A DNA stretch of 64,000 nt from a phage, in NCBI GenBank assembly GCA_021537435.1, contig GCA_021537435.1_3050.1. One strand, given 5' to 3'. Shown here piece after piece: positions 11,974-22,103 of the stretch. Below the pieces are notes generated by a model, which did no database searches, was not told where the DNA came from, and was given only the letters and a program-made list of their open reading frames with translations. The position numbers were made by a program, and so were the translations under genes. Positions within the stretch are counted from its first letter, which is position 1, and every line of letters begins with the position of its first letter.

Positions 11974-12082
11974 TTATACTAATTAAAGGTGCAAGCAAAA
12001 CCTTGGCTGCTAGTTTTCCATAAAGGACTTTCCAGCAATTAAAGGAGTTTTCGATAAACGTTACCGTTTAAAGGCGCATTTT

Positions 12083-12746
12083 ACGCAAAAGATACATAAA
12101 AACGAATAGCTTCCAATGCGTTGATTACATGGAGGCAAAGGTAAAGAGATTTCATCAGATCTCGTTTAGCTCTTTGCTCAACGTCTTTATCAGCTAGAAT
12201 TAGACCTTGGTCTTTATAATATTCAACCATGTCTTTAGCATTTTCCCATTCACGGGTTTTAACCAAGACATCATCATAATAGCGACCGATAGATTCAGCA
12301 CGTTTCATGATAGCTTCATCTAATACAATCTCATCAAATACCTTTGATGGATCAGTATAAAGATTTCGCATGATATGAGTATATGAACGACTGTGAATAG
12401 TTTCACTAAAAGTCCATGTAGCAACCCATGTATCAAGGCTTGGGTCTGAAATTAATGACATAAGTACAGCAGATGGCGCACGACCCTGAATGCTATCCAA
12501 AAGTGATTGATACTTCAGGTTATTAGTAAAAATATTCTGCTGATACTGAGGAAGTTTATTAAATTGTGCAGCATCCATCATCAAGTTTACTTCTTCAGGA
12601 CGCCAGAAAAATGATAATTGCTTTTCAGTCAAATCTTCAAAAACTTTATGGCGTTGAATATCATAACGCGCAATACCAAGACCTGAACCGAAGAACATAG
12701 GTTCTTTTAAAACATCAACTGGATTTGTATTAAAAACTGTAGACAT
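12083..12746 (-). CDS. nrdB: ribonucleotide reductase small subunit, exon 1
   Basis: Colinear with E. coli NrdB (LKEPMFFG ... HSRSYTHI ... AIRFYVSFA); intron splits the following Cys codon after its first U. Confidence 0.85.
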
Positions 12747-12780
12747 ATTATTCTCGCTTATTATAGGTTTAAATATTTAA

Positions 12781-13572
12781 TCACATATTATGTATAAGCA
12801 CTTCGGTCTGAAATGATGCACCCTTCTTTTGCTTCCTATACATGGTTTCAAAATATTCAATTTTGAAATTATTAGAAAGGGCCCAATCTTTTAAAATATA
12901 ATTATTAATATCGTCTGATAGATTATTAGTGATAATAAATTTAGACTTCGATTGTTTAATTTTGTCTAATAATTCTAATTCATCCTTTTCTTCCCAGCCT
13001 GAATATTTAAATTTAGTAGAAAGATACGGCGGGTCAATGAATAAATTTTTGTTTTCAAAATCCAAATCTCTGAATGATTTATTACTAAATGTAAATCGGT
13101 GCTGTCTATTTTTAAATTCAGAAAATTTATCCTGCTGAGACTTATTAAAAGAAGTTCTGGAATACTTGGCTCTATTGGCGAAAGCCGCGTTATAATTCCC
13201 ATTACTAGAAAATCGGATTAACGAACTGAATGAAAATAAATGTAGAACATAAAGATATAATCCGTTTTTGGTTTTATCGTATTCTTTTGACAGATTATAA
13301 AAAGGTGCTGAATCTTTGTCATTCAAATTAAAATCTTCAATAATTTTAACTATATCATTAATTGAAGATGATTTCATCTTTTTATACATGTCTATAAGAG
13401 GAGTATTAATATCATTACATATAACATCTCTCTGACAATTCATAGAAAATCCAAGACCACCACAAAAAGCATCCAAAACAGGCTTATCGTCAAAGCGGTT
13501 TGAAAATTGTCTAATAAATGGCATATACTTATGTTTTGCACCTGGATATGTTATGGCAGGTAGGTCTTTCAT
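12781..13572 (-). CDS. Dam-family (D12 class) DNA N6-adenine methyltransferase, divergent
   Basis: 263 aa; motif I FCGGLG, motif IV DPPY, N-terminal YPGAK; by-eye alignment with recalled T4 and E. coli Dam. Confidence 0.8.
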   Translation of the reverse strand: MKDLPAITYPGAKHKYMPFIRQFSNRFDDKPVLDAFCGGLGFSMNCQRDVICNDINTPLIDMYKKMKSSSINDIVKIIEDFNLNDKDSAPFYNLSKEYDKTKNGLYLYVLHLFSFSSLIRFSSNGNYNAAFANRAKYSRTSFNKSQQDKFSEFKNRQHRFTFSNKSFRDLDFENKNLFIDPPYLSTKFKYSGWEEKDELELLDKIKQSKSKFIITNNLSDDINNYILKDWALSNNFKIEYFETMYRKQKKGASFQTEVLIHNM

Positions 13573-13615
13573 ATTATTTCTCGTTGTTGGTGACTCGTCC
13601 GTGAGTCAAATTATA

Positions 13616-15880
13616 TCATAATTTACAGGATGAACAATCTTCAGCTTTTGGAGTTTCTATTTCATAATCATCAGTACCAGAACCATCACGGGTATTATGA
13701 TAATAGAAATTTTTTCCGCCAAAATACCAAAAGTACAAAAGGTCATCAATCATTACAGACATTGGAACCTTTCCTTTTGGAAAAATCTGCGGGTCATAAT
13801 ATGTATTTGCTGAAGCTGATTGACATACCCATTTAAGCATAATAGCTACCTGCGTAAGATAAGGTTTATTACCTTTCTTAGCTAATTTCCATGTATAATC
13901 ATATAGGTCTATGTTATGTTCAATATTGGGCACGACTTGATTAAAGGAACCCTCTTTTGATTCTTTAACCGAGACTGGTCCACGTGGAGGCTCGATACCG
14001 TTTGTACTGTTAGAAACTTGGGAAGATGACTCACATGGCATAAGTGCTGATAATGTGCTATTACGGATGCCAAAGAGCTTAAGGTCTTCCCGCAGCGACG
14101 ACCAGTCACAAACGTATTTTGGAGCTGCGATTTGGTCAATCTTTTTATTGTACCAGTCGATAGGTAGTTCGCCTCGAGACCAACGAGTGTCTGAATAATA
14201 TTCGCAAGGTCCTTTTTCTTTGGCGAGCTTAATGGATGCTTTAATGAGTCCATACTGTAATCTCTCAAATAGTTCATGTGTTAAATCGTTAGCATCTTCA
14301 TAAGAAGCAAAGTTACTTGCCAGCCAAGCTGCATAGTTAGTAACACCTACACCAAGGTTACGACGCTTTTTAGCTTTTTCTGCTTCAGGAACTGGATATC
14401 CTTGGTAATCCAAAAGATTATCAAGAGCACGAACTTGAACTTCTGCCAATTCATTAATTTTATCTTGGTCTTGCCAATCGAAGTTATCCAACACAAATGC
14501 AGATAACGTACACAATCCAATTTCAGCATCAGGGCTATTCACATCATTTGTTGGAATAGCAATTTCACAGCATAAGTTACTCTGACGAATAGGTGCCTTT
14601 TCACGAATAAACGGAGTATAGTTATTCGTATTATCAATGAACTGTACATAAATCCTTGCTGTTCCTGAACGTTCAGTCATGAGCAATTCAAATAGTTCAC
14701 GGGCTTTAATACGCTTTTTACGAATATTAGGGTCTTTTTCTGCCGCTTCGTATAATTCACGGAAACGGTCTTGGTCTTTAAAATAAGAATAATAAAGCTC
14801 TCCACCCATTTCATGGGGACTGAACAAAGTAATGTAATCGTTCTTTCCAAAACGTTCCATCATCAAATCATTCAGTTGAACACCATAATCCATATGACGA
14901 ATGCGGTTTTCTTCTACGCCTTTGTTATTTTTCAAAACGAGAAGATTTTCAACTTCCAAATGCCAAATAGGATAATAAGCAGTAGCAGCGCCGCCACGAA
15001 TTCCACCCTGTGAACATGATTTAACTGCAGTCTGAAAATGTTTCCAAAAAGGAATAACACCGGTATGGCGTACTTCACCCATGCCAATCTTAGAACCTTC
15101 GGCACGAATCATACCAACGTTAATACCAATTCCAGCACGTTTGGAGATATATTCAACAATTGAAGCGGAAGCCTTATTGATAGACTTCAATGAATCTCCT
15201 GCCTCAATAACAACACATGAACTAAACTGTCGAGTCGGAGTACGGCAACCAGCCATAATAGGAGTTGGCAATGAAATCTGTCGAGTAGATACTGCTTCAT
15301 AAAAACGGATAACATGTTTTAATCTATCAACAGGTTCGTCTTGATGCAATGCCATTCCAATAGCCATAAATGCAAACTGTGGAGTTTCATAAATTTGACC
15401 AGTGGTTTTATCTTTAACTAAATATTTTTCTTTTAATTGCATCGCCCCGGAATAAGTAAATTCCATATCCCGCTCGTGCTTAATTTTTGATTCTAAAAAT
15501 GTAATTTCTTCTGCTGAATATTTTGACAACAATTCAGGGTCGTATTTACCTTCATTTACACAGTAAGAAATATGGTCAATAAATGAACGTGGTTCATACT
15601 GCCTGTAAACATGCTTACGAAGAGCGAACATTAAGCAGCGTGCAGCTACATATTGGTAATCAGGCTCTTCAACTGAAATAGAATTCGCAGCAGCCTTAAT
15701 GACAATAGTCTGAATATCATCAGTTGTCATTCCATCACGGAGATAAGATTTAATATTTTCATATAATTCATAAGGATCTACTGATGTTCCCTCAGCTGCC
15801 CAAGATAAAACTTTAATAATTTTTTGTGGGTCAAAGCTCTGAGAAACACCACTACTTTTGATAACATTAATTAATTGCAT
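13616..15880 (-). CDS. nrdA: ribonucleotide reductase large subunit
   Basis: 754 aa, class Ia RNR alpha subunit with ATP-cone N-terminus. Confidence 0.95.
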   Translation of the reverse strand: MQLINVIKSSGVSQSFDPQKIIKVLSWAAEGTSVDPYELYENIKSYLRDGMTTDDIQTIVIKAAANSISVEEPDYQYVAARCLMFALRKHVYRQYEPRSFIDHISYCVNEGKYDPELLSKYSAEEITFLESKIKHERDMEFTYSGAMQLKEKYLVKDKTTGQIYETPQFAFMAIGMALHQDEPVDRLKHVIRFYEAVSTRQISLPTPIMAGCRTPTRQFSSCVVIEAGDSLKSINKASASIVEYISKRAGIGINVGMIRAEGSKIGMGEVRHTGVIPFWKHFQTAVKSCSQGGIRGGAATAYYPIWHLEVENLLVLKNNKGVEENRIRHMDYGVQLNDLMMERFGKNDYITLFSPHEMGGELYYSYFKDQDRFRELYEAAEKDPNIRKKRIKARELFELLMTERSGTARIYVQFIDNTNNYTPFIREKAPIRQSNLCCEIAIPTNDVNSPDAEIGLCTLSAFVLDNFDWQDQDKINELAEVQVRALDNLLDYQGYPVPEAEKAKKRRNLGVGVTNYAAWLASNFASYEDANDLTHELFERLQYGLIKASIKLAKEKGPCEYYSDTRWSRGELPIDWYNKKIDQIAAPKYVCDWSSLREDLKLFGIRNSTLSALMPCESSSQVSNSTNGIEPPRGPVSVKESKEGSFNQVVPNIEHNIDLYDYTWKLAKKGNKPYLTQVAIMLKWVCQSASANTYYDPQIFPKGKVPMSVMIDDLLYFWYFGGKNFYYHNTRDGSGTDDYEIETPKAEDCSSCKL

Positions 15881-16197
15881 AAGTCCTCAACTTGAAAATC
15901 GTCTTTAAACAATCGGTTAACTATATGAGCTATTATATCACCATGACACGGCTTTGGTTTACATGTGCATCCTAGCCTCATTCCACGTAAAGGCTCTAAA
16001 TGTGCTTTAGTTATTTCTCCGGATTTAATTCGACGTATAAAATCTTTTTTGAATAATTCAATGGCAGCCTCCCGGCTGCCAGCATCTTTACCGACGTAAT
16101 TTCCCCAAAATGTACCACGGTGAATATTAACATCAAAGTCGGATTTATATTTATTCACTACTTGGCATAGACGGCCCGCGCGGTGATAATTCGTCAT
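15871..16197 (-). CDS. hypothetical protein (nrdA.1-like)
   Basis: ORF-track 108 aa. Confidence 0.45.
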   Translation of the reverse strand: MTNYHRAGRLCQVVNKYKSDFDVNIHRGTFWGNYVGKDAGSREAAIELFKKDFIRRIKSGEITKAHLEPLRGMRLGCTCKPKPCHGDIIAHIVNRLFKDDFQVEDLCN

Positions 16198-16414
16198 ATT
16201 GTTTTTCCGTTAAAACAGTAATATCATAATAACAATCTGAAGAAGTTTTAACCGTAGAAATTTTATTATCAAAATACTCACGAGTCATTTTATGAGTATA
16301 ATATTTTTTGCCATAAATGATAATAGGCTGATTTGGTCCTGGAACTTCTAACTCGCTTGGGTTAGGAAGTGTAAAAAGAACTACACCAGAAGTATCTTTA
16401 AATCGTAAAATCAT
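16151..16414 (-). CDS. hypothetical protein (nrdA.2-like)
   Basis: ORF-track 87 aa. Confidence 0.45.
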   Translation of the reverse strand: MILRFKDTSGVVLFTLPNPSELEVPGPNQPIIIYGKKYYTHKMTREYFDNKISTVKTSSDCYYDITVLTEKQYDELSPRGPSMPSSE

Positions 16415-16437
16415 ATATCCTCACAATTAATAATTAA

Positions 16438-16749
16438 TTACACCGCCATTTTTCCTTTCAAGACGCCGTGGGACTGATAATCTTTGAGAACGAAATCTTT
16501 AGGCCTGAGTTTAAGAATGTATTCCAATTGTTCTTTAGTAGAAAGATAGCGGAATTTATAAGGCAATCCGCCTATTACCAGTTCACAAAGCTCTTTAGGT
16601 TCACGACGCAAAATTTCTTTACATTGTTCTACGTGATTCATATAGATATGAGTATTACCACCGGAAAATATCAAATCTCCCGGAATAAGATTACACATCT
16701 TAGCTACAATATGAACTAACGTAGCATATGATGCAATATTAAATGGAAG
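16438..16749 (-). CDS. td: thymidylate synthase, exon 2
   Basis: Exon 2 begins CUU CCA UUU (LPF) right after intron-terminal AUG; joined protein 286 aa. Confidence 0.9.
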   Translation of the reverse strand, partial: LPFNIASYATLVHIVAKMCNLIPGDLIFSGGNTHIYMNHVEQCKEILRREPKELCELVIGGLPYKFRYLSTKEQLEYILKLRPKDFVLKDYQSHGVLKGKMAV

Positions 16750-17765
16750 CATTATGTTCAGATAAGGTCGTTAATCTTACCCCGGAATTATATCCAGCTG
16801 CATGTCACCATGCAGATCAGACTATATCTCCAACTTGTTAAAGCAAGTTGTCTATCGTTTCGAGTCACTTGACCCTACTCCCCAAAGGGATAGTCGTTAG
16901 GCATTTATGTAGAACCAATTCCATTTATCAGATTTTACACGATAAGTAACTAATCCAGACGAAATTTTAAAATGTCTAGCTGCATCTGCTGCACAATCAA
17001 AAATAACCCCATCACATGAAATCTTTTTAATATTACTAGGCTTTTTACCTTTCATCTTTTCTGATATTTTAGATTTAGTTATGTCTGAATGCTTATGATT
17101 AAAGAATGAATTATTTTCACCTGAACGATTTCTGCATTTACTACAAGTATAAGCAGAAGTTTGTATGCGAACACCGCACTTACAAAACTTATGGGTTTCT
17201 GGATTCCAACGCCCGTTTTTACTTCCGGGTTTACTGTAAAGAGCTTTCCGACCATCAGGTCCAAGTTTAAGCATCTTAGCTTTAACAGTTTTAGAACGTT
17301 TCTTAATAATTTCTTCTTTTAATGGATGCGTAGAACATGTATCACCAAACGTTGCATCAGCAATATTGTATCCATTAATTTTAGAATTAAGCTCTTTAAT
17401 CCAAAAATTTTCTCGTTCAATAATCAAATCTTTCTCATATGGAATTTCTTCCAAAATAGAACATTCAAACACATTACCATGTTTGTTAAAAGACCTCTGA
17501 AGCTTTATAGAAGAATGGCATCCTTTTTCTAAATCTTTAAAATGCCTCTTCCATCTCTTTTCAAAATCTTTAGCACTTCCTACATATACTTTATTGTTTA
17601 AAGTATTTTTAATCTGATAAATTCCGCTTTTCATAAATACCTCTTTAAATATAGAAGTATTTATTAAAGGGCAGTCCTACAATTTAGCACGGGATTGTCT
17701 ACTAGAGAGGTTCCCCGTTTAGATAGATTACAAGTATAAGTCACCTTATACTCAGGCCTCAATTA
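16750..17765 (-). mobile_element. group I self-splicing intron in td (1016 nt)
   Basis: 5' end UAAUUGAGGCCUGAGUAUAAGGUG and 3' end ...CUGAACAUAAUG match the recalled T4 td intron. Confidence 0.9.
16897..17634 (-). CDS. I-TevI: intron-encoded GIY-YIG homing endonuclease
   Basis: 245 aa, MKSGIYQIKNTLNNKVYVGSAKDFEKRWKRH..., matches recalled T4 I-TevI. Confidence 0.9.
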   Translation of the reverse strand: MKSGIYQIKNTLNNKVYVGSAKDFEKRWKRHFKDLEKGCHSSIKLQRSFNKHGNVFECSILEEIPYEKDLIIERENFWIKELNSKINGYNIADATFGDTCSTHPLKEEIIKKRSKTVKAKMLKLGPDGRKALYSKPGSKNGRWNPETHKFCKCGVRIQTSAYTCSKCRNRSGENNSFFNHKHSDITKSKISEKMKGKKPSNIKKISCDGVIFDCAADAARHFKISSGLVTYRVKSDKWNWFYINA

Positions 17766-18314
17766 ACCCAAGAAAACATCTACTGATCGTTGATACCACT
17801 GCAAATCCAAATAGCCATTACGCACATTAAACTGATAGAACATATGACAAGGCGGTAATGCCATATATTTAAGTTCAGCTGGATTCCACGCAGAAACAAT
17901 TTGTCGCCTATCATTCGGCAGTTTTTTAATACGATCAATAACTTCTATAATTTGGTCTACACCACCAAAATCACGCCATTGTTTTCCATAAATTGGACCA
18001 AGTTCACCGCTATGGTATCCTAAATCTTTTGCTTGATTTTCGTAATTTTCATCCCAGACTGTTTTGCCTTGAATTAATGAATCATGCTGAATTAATCGTA
18101 AATCATTGACATTCGTGCTTCCTGATAAAAACCATATTAACTCAGCAATGCAAGCTTTCCAAGCGAGCTTTTTAGTTGTTACTGCAGGAAAACCTTTGGT
18201 TAAATCCCAACGCAATTTAGTACCGAACAAAGCAATTGTTCCTGTGCCCGTTCGGTCATCGGTTTCATAGCCGTTTTCAAGAATGTCTTTAATTAAATCT
18301 TGGTATTGTTTCAT
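17766..18314 (-). CDS. td: thymidylate synthase, exon 1
   Basis: MKQYQDLIKDILENGYETDDRTGTGT... ends ...VDVFLG then intron. Confidence 0.9.
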
Positions 18315-18359
18315 TTAGTACCTTATATAAATTATAATACATTTTATGAAGCTAAATAA

Positions 18360-18719
18360 TCAATACGGTTTAGCATCAAATTTTCTCTCAATTTCAGGCG
18401 TGAAATATAATTCTTTACCGCGTTTGGAAAAGCGACCAATAATATGATAATTATTCTCATCAAACGTGATATTGCCGATATCCATAGCTTTCAACCAAAT
18501 ATCGATATTTCTATCCAACTTTATGTCAAAATTCCAATACGGAGAACTATTACCGAAAATACTGCAAGCGGATTCAGTAAAACAACTACTATAAATCTTG
18601 TCTTTAGGAACTACTAATTGATAGACGCCTTTAATAAACTGAGGACCCTGCCATTTTGGTTGTTTCGCGTCTTTTTCTAATAGAATAGGGTAATAATTAA
18701 AATTCATATTTTCCGCCAC
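18360..18719 (-). CDS. hypothetical protein inserted between frd and td
   Basis: ORF-track 119 aa; tightly packed between frd stop and td start. Confidence 0.5.
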   Translation of the reverse strand: MAENMNFNYYPILLEKDAKQPKWQGPQFIKGVYQLVVPKDKIYSSCFTESACSIFGNSSPYWNFDIKLDRNIDIWLKAMDIGNITFDENNYHIIGRFSKRGKELYFTPEIERKFDAKPY

Positions 18720-18727
18720 GTGTTATT

Positions 18728-19554
<827 letters not shown>

Positions 19555-19565
19555 TTTATCTCCTA

Positions 19566-19898
19566 TTAAAAAGGATCAGGAACATATCCACTAGCTTTAA
19601 TCATTTTAATTAATGTTACCATTCCTTTGTTAACTGCTTGTGAGATTTCATCAAAAACTTCATCATTAAAAAGTTCTAGCACACCCTTCTGAACTTTTAA
19701 TTTACAGCCAACAATTTCGTCATCGCCTATAGTAAATTCATTACCGCCAATTCCACCGAAAAACTTAATTACCCCAGTTAACTGTCTTCCACGAGAATAT
19801 GGGTCGTGCGATAAAGTAATATGAGTCACCCCAGGTACAGTTTTAAATTGGCAGCGGATGTTTACTTGAGCAATTCCAGTTACATGAATGTCAGACAT
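19566..19898 (-). CDS. hypothetical protein
   Basis: ORF-track 110 aa. Confidence 0.5.
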   Translation of the reverse strand: MSDIHVTGIAQVNIRCQFKTVPGVTHITLSHDPYSRGRQLTGVIKFFGGIGGNEFTIGDDEIVGCKLKVQKGVLELFNDEVFDEISQAVNKGMVTLIKMIKASGYVPDPF

Positions 19899-19908
19899 AA
19901 TATTTTCC

Positions 19909-20151
19909 TCAAACAGTCTTTTTCACAATTTTCCAATCATCTTTAAACTGTTCAACATCAGAATGGTAAATCCAGAATCCTGCGCTTTCTCCATCCTCGT
20001 AAAGAGGGCATCCATCACATTCATCTTCCCATCCCATGTCACGCAAAAGATGTTCAGCTTTTTTAACAAGTTCAGAATCTTTACCGATGATATTAAAATA
20101 CCATTTACCTCTAACTTCTGAATCTTTAATACTCTGGCGTTGTAATCTCAT
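19909..20151 (-). CDS. hypothetical protein
   Basis: ORF-track 80 aa; early promoter upstream. Confidence 0.45.
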   Translation of the reverse strand: MRLQRQSIKDSEVRGKWYFNIIGKDSELVKKAEHLLRDMGWEDECDGCPLYEDGESAGFWIYHSDVEQFKDDWKIVKKTV

Positions 20152-20257
20152 TTTATTCTCCTTAGCAAGCTTTAATCAAAAGATATAAACAGACCAACAT
20201 AACTATTGCCATAATATAAGGTGCGAACATTTTCTTTTCTCCATTAGTTTTGATAGG

Positions 20258-20290
20258 GTAATAGTATCACACTACTACCCTTTTGTAAAC
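20258..20290 (-). promoter_or_regulatory. T4-type early promoter
   Basis: Minus strand GTTTACA, about 17 nt, TGATACTAT. Confidence 0.5.
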
Positions 20291-20676
20291 TACTTTTTGA
20301 AAGTTTTTCGCAAAAGTTCAATGATTTCATCTACATTGTTTTCGTCAACAATGCAGTGAATTTTTGTCACGCCAGAAACTATACCTTCATTAGCGGATTG
20401 AGGCTTTTCTAAAGTTACCTCAGTAAAGTATTTGAATTCTTCAGAGTAAATCTCAAAATACGTCTCAAGTGGGCCACCCGCCATGTATTCAGTGCCATCT
20501 TCCATAGTTACACGTACCACACATTCACCAGCACAATCATCACTTTCCATTTCATCTACAACAAAACTAGGCCCGTGCTTCTCTATTAAATTTAGCATCA
20601 TTACATTGCAACGGCACTCGTTAGCAAAGTCATTTTTAAATAAAGGGTTAATGATATAAGTTTTTCCAACTTCCAT
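20290..20676 (-). CDS. hypothetical protein
   Basis: ORF-track 128 aa. Confidence 0.5.
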   Translation of the reverse strand: MEVGKTYIINPLFKNDFANECRCNVMMLNLIEKHGPSFVVDEMESDDCAGECVVRVTMEDGTEYMAGGPLETYFEIYSEEFKYFTEVTLEKPQSANEGIVSGVTKIHCIVDENNVDEIIELLRKTFKK

Positions 20677-20720
20677 TTTGATTTCCTCATTTTAATAGGG
20701 GCTTGATAGCCCCTTGATAA

Positions 20721-20947
20721 TTATTGTTCAATTAATACCATGTAAAATTCTGTGTCTTCAGAATCCATACCATCACAATATTCATTAGCCATAAAGCGGG
20801 TGAGGTCTTCAAGAGGACCTTCAATAACGATTTGAATACTCCAAAACTTAGAATCTTGCACGCTTGTGATACTAAGTTCAGGATAACGATTACGAATAAT
20901 TTCTTCGATATATTCAAAATCAACGATGTCAATATCAACTTTAGCCA
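20721..20947 (-). CDS. hypothetical protein (start trimmed to MAKVDIDIV)
   Basis: Internal ATG preceded by AGAGGAAAA SD; the ORF-track N-terminal extension runs into the promoter. Confidence 0.45.
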
Positions 20948-20987
20948 TATTATTTTCCTCTTTAATCATCAGCAGTATTGCCGATAG

Positions 20988-21020
20988 TTGTATAGTACCA
21001 CAGTTCTTATAGTATGTAAA
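20988..21020 (-). promoter_or_regulatory. T4-type early promoter with A/T-rich UP element
   Basis: Minus strand GTTTACA, 17 nt, TGGTACTAT; A/T-rich tract upstream. Confidence 0.55.
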
Positions 21021-21040
21021 CAACTTTGTGAAAAAATTTT

Positions 21041-21073
21041 TGAAATAAAAAAAAGGGGACCTCTAGGGTCCCC
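21041..21073 (-). terminator. intrinsic terminator after gene 32
   Basis: Minus strand GGGGACCC-loop-GGUCCCC hairpin followed by a U8 tract. Confidence 0.7.
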
Positions 21074-21095
21074 AATTAATTAGTAATATAATCTA

Positions 21096-22004
21096 TTAAA
21101 GGTCATTCAAAAGGTCATCCAGGTCCGTGTCATCAGCACTAGATGAACTGCCAGAGCTTGAGCTCATAAAATCATCTTCAGTTTTTGTATTGAAGTCATC
21201 AACATTGAATGCATCCAAATCATCAGCAACTTTATCAGCTTTCTTAGCGGCAGTCGCTGCGGCACCACCCATAGCAGCAGTTCCCATAACTTGACTGAAC
21301 TTAGTGCTCAGTTCTTCAAACGATTTGAATTTATCTTTAGAAGTCATTTCAGAAAGGTCAACCATTTGTTCGAACAGTTCTTTCTGGAAAGATTCATCAT
21401 CAATGTTTGGAATCGCAGATTGATTCAGGAATTTAGATTCATCGTAGTTACTAAAACCAGAAACTTGTTTAACTTTCAGTACAAAGTTAGCACCTTCCCA
21501 CGGACAAGTTACATCAACCGGAGTTTCACCCATTTCAACATCAACTGCAATCATTGCATTGATTTTATCCCAGATTTTCTTACCGAAACGGTATTTAAAT
21601 ACTTTACCTTCATTTTCTGGAGCAGCCGGGTCTTTTACTACAAGAATGTTAGCCCAGTAAGAAGTTTTACGTTTAACAAGACCGTACTCTTTATTGTCAG
21701 TGTTATACAAATCATTTTTATTGATGTACTGACATACTGGACAAGAATCGTAATCACCGTGGGTAGATGAACAGTTTTCGATATACCATTTACCATTTTT
21801 CTTGAAACCGTGATTTACAAGAATTGCGAATGGTGCTTGTTCATCATTTTTAGACGGAAGAAAACGAATTACTGCTTGACCGTTACCCGCATTATCGAGT
21901 TTCAGTTTCCACTCGCCTTTATCTTCAGAAGAAAAACCACCTTTATTTCCAGCCAGTTTAGCCATTTGTGCAGCGAGTTCAGCAGTAGATTTACGTTTAA
22001 ACAT
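21096..22004 (-). CDS. 32: single-stranded DNA-binding protein gp32
   Basis: 302 aa; [17 protein letters not shown]..., acidic C-terminal tail, as T4 gp32. Confidence 0.95.
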   Translation of the reverse strand: MFKRKSTAELAAQMAKLAGNKGGFSSEDKGEWKLKLDNAGNGQAVIRFLPSKNDEQAPFAILVNHGFKKNGKWYIENCSSTHGDYDSCPVCQYINKNDLYNTDNKEYGLVKRKTSYWANILVVKDPAAPENEGKVFKYRFGKKIWDKINAMIAVDVEMGETPVDVTCPWEGANFVLKVKQVSGFSNYDESKFLNQSAIPNIDDESFQKELFEQMVDLSEMTSKDKFKSFEELSTKFSQVMGTAAMGGAAATAAKKADKVADDLDAFNVDDFNTKTEDDFMSSSSGSSSSADDTDLDDLLNDL

Positions 22005-22072
22005 TTTTATTTCCTTTTTAATTTAATTAACAGTTGGTGCTATGACGATGTATGACCTCATAGCTGGTCAGT
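22005..22072 (-). promoter_or_regulatory. gene 32 translational operator (AU-rich tract plus pseudoknot-like structured region)
   Basis: Leader reads ...CUGACCAGCUAUGAGGUCAUACAUCGUCAUAGCACC then UUAAUUAAAUUAAAAAGGAAAUAAAA-AUG, resembling the recalled T4 gene 32 autoregulatory leader. Confidence 0.55.
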
Positions 22073-22087
22073 AAGATAATTATAATC

Positions 22088-22095
22088 TATTTATA
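22088..22095 (-). promoter_or_regulatory. late promoter TATAAATA in gene 32 leader
   Basis: Minus-strand TATAAATA upstream of gene 32. Confidence 0.55.
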
Positions 22096-22103
22096 ATAAG
22101 CAA

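Larger units (their letters stand above)
10993..12082 (-). mobile_element. group I self-splicing intron in nrdB (about 1090 nt)
   Basis: Exon 1 ends on U, intron ends on G; 3' part resembles the td intron 3' part (GGGUCAAG.GACUCGAAA ...AACAUAA.G); contains the I-TevIII ORF. Confidence 0.8.

Noticed and set aside
13590-13608. Inverted repeat TGACTC-GTCCGT-GAGTCA between nrdA stop and the methyltransferase start
   Set aside because: Only a 6-bp stem with no U-tract; too weak to call a terminator or operator.
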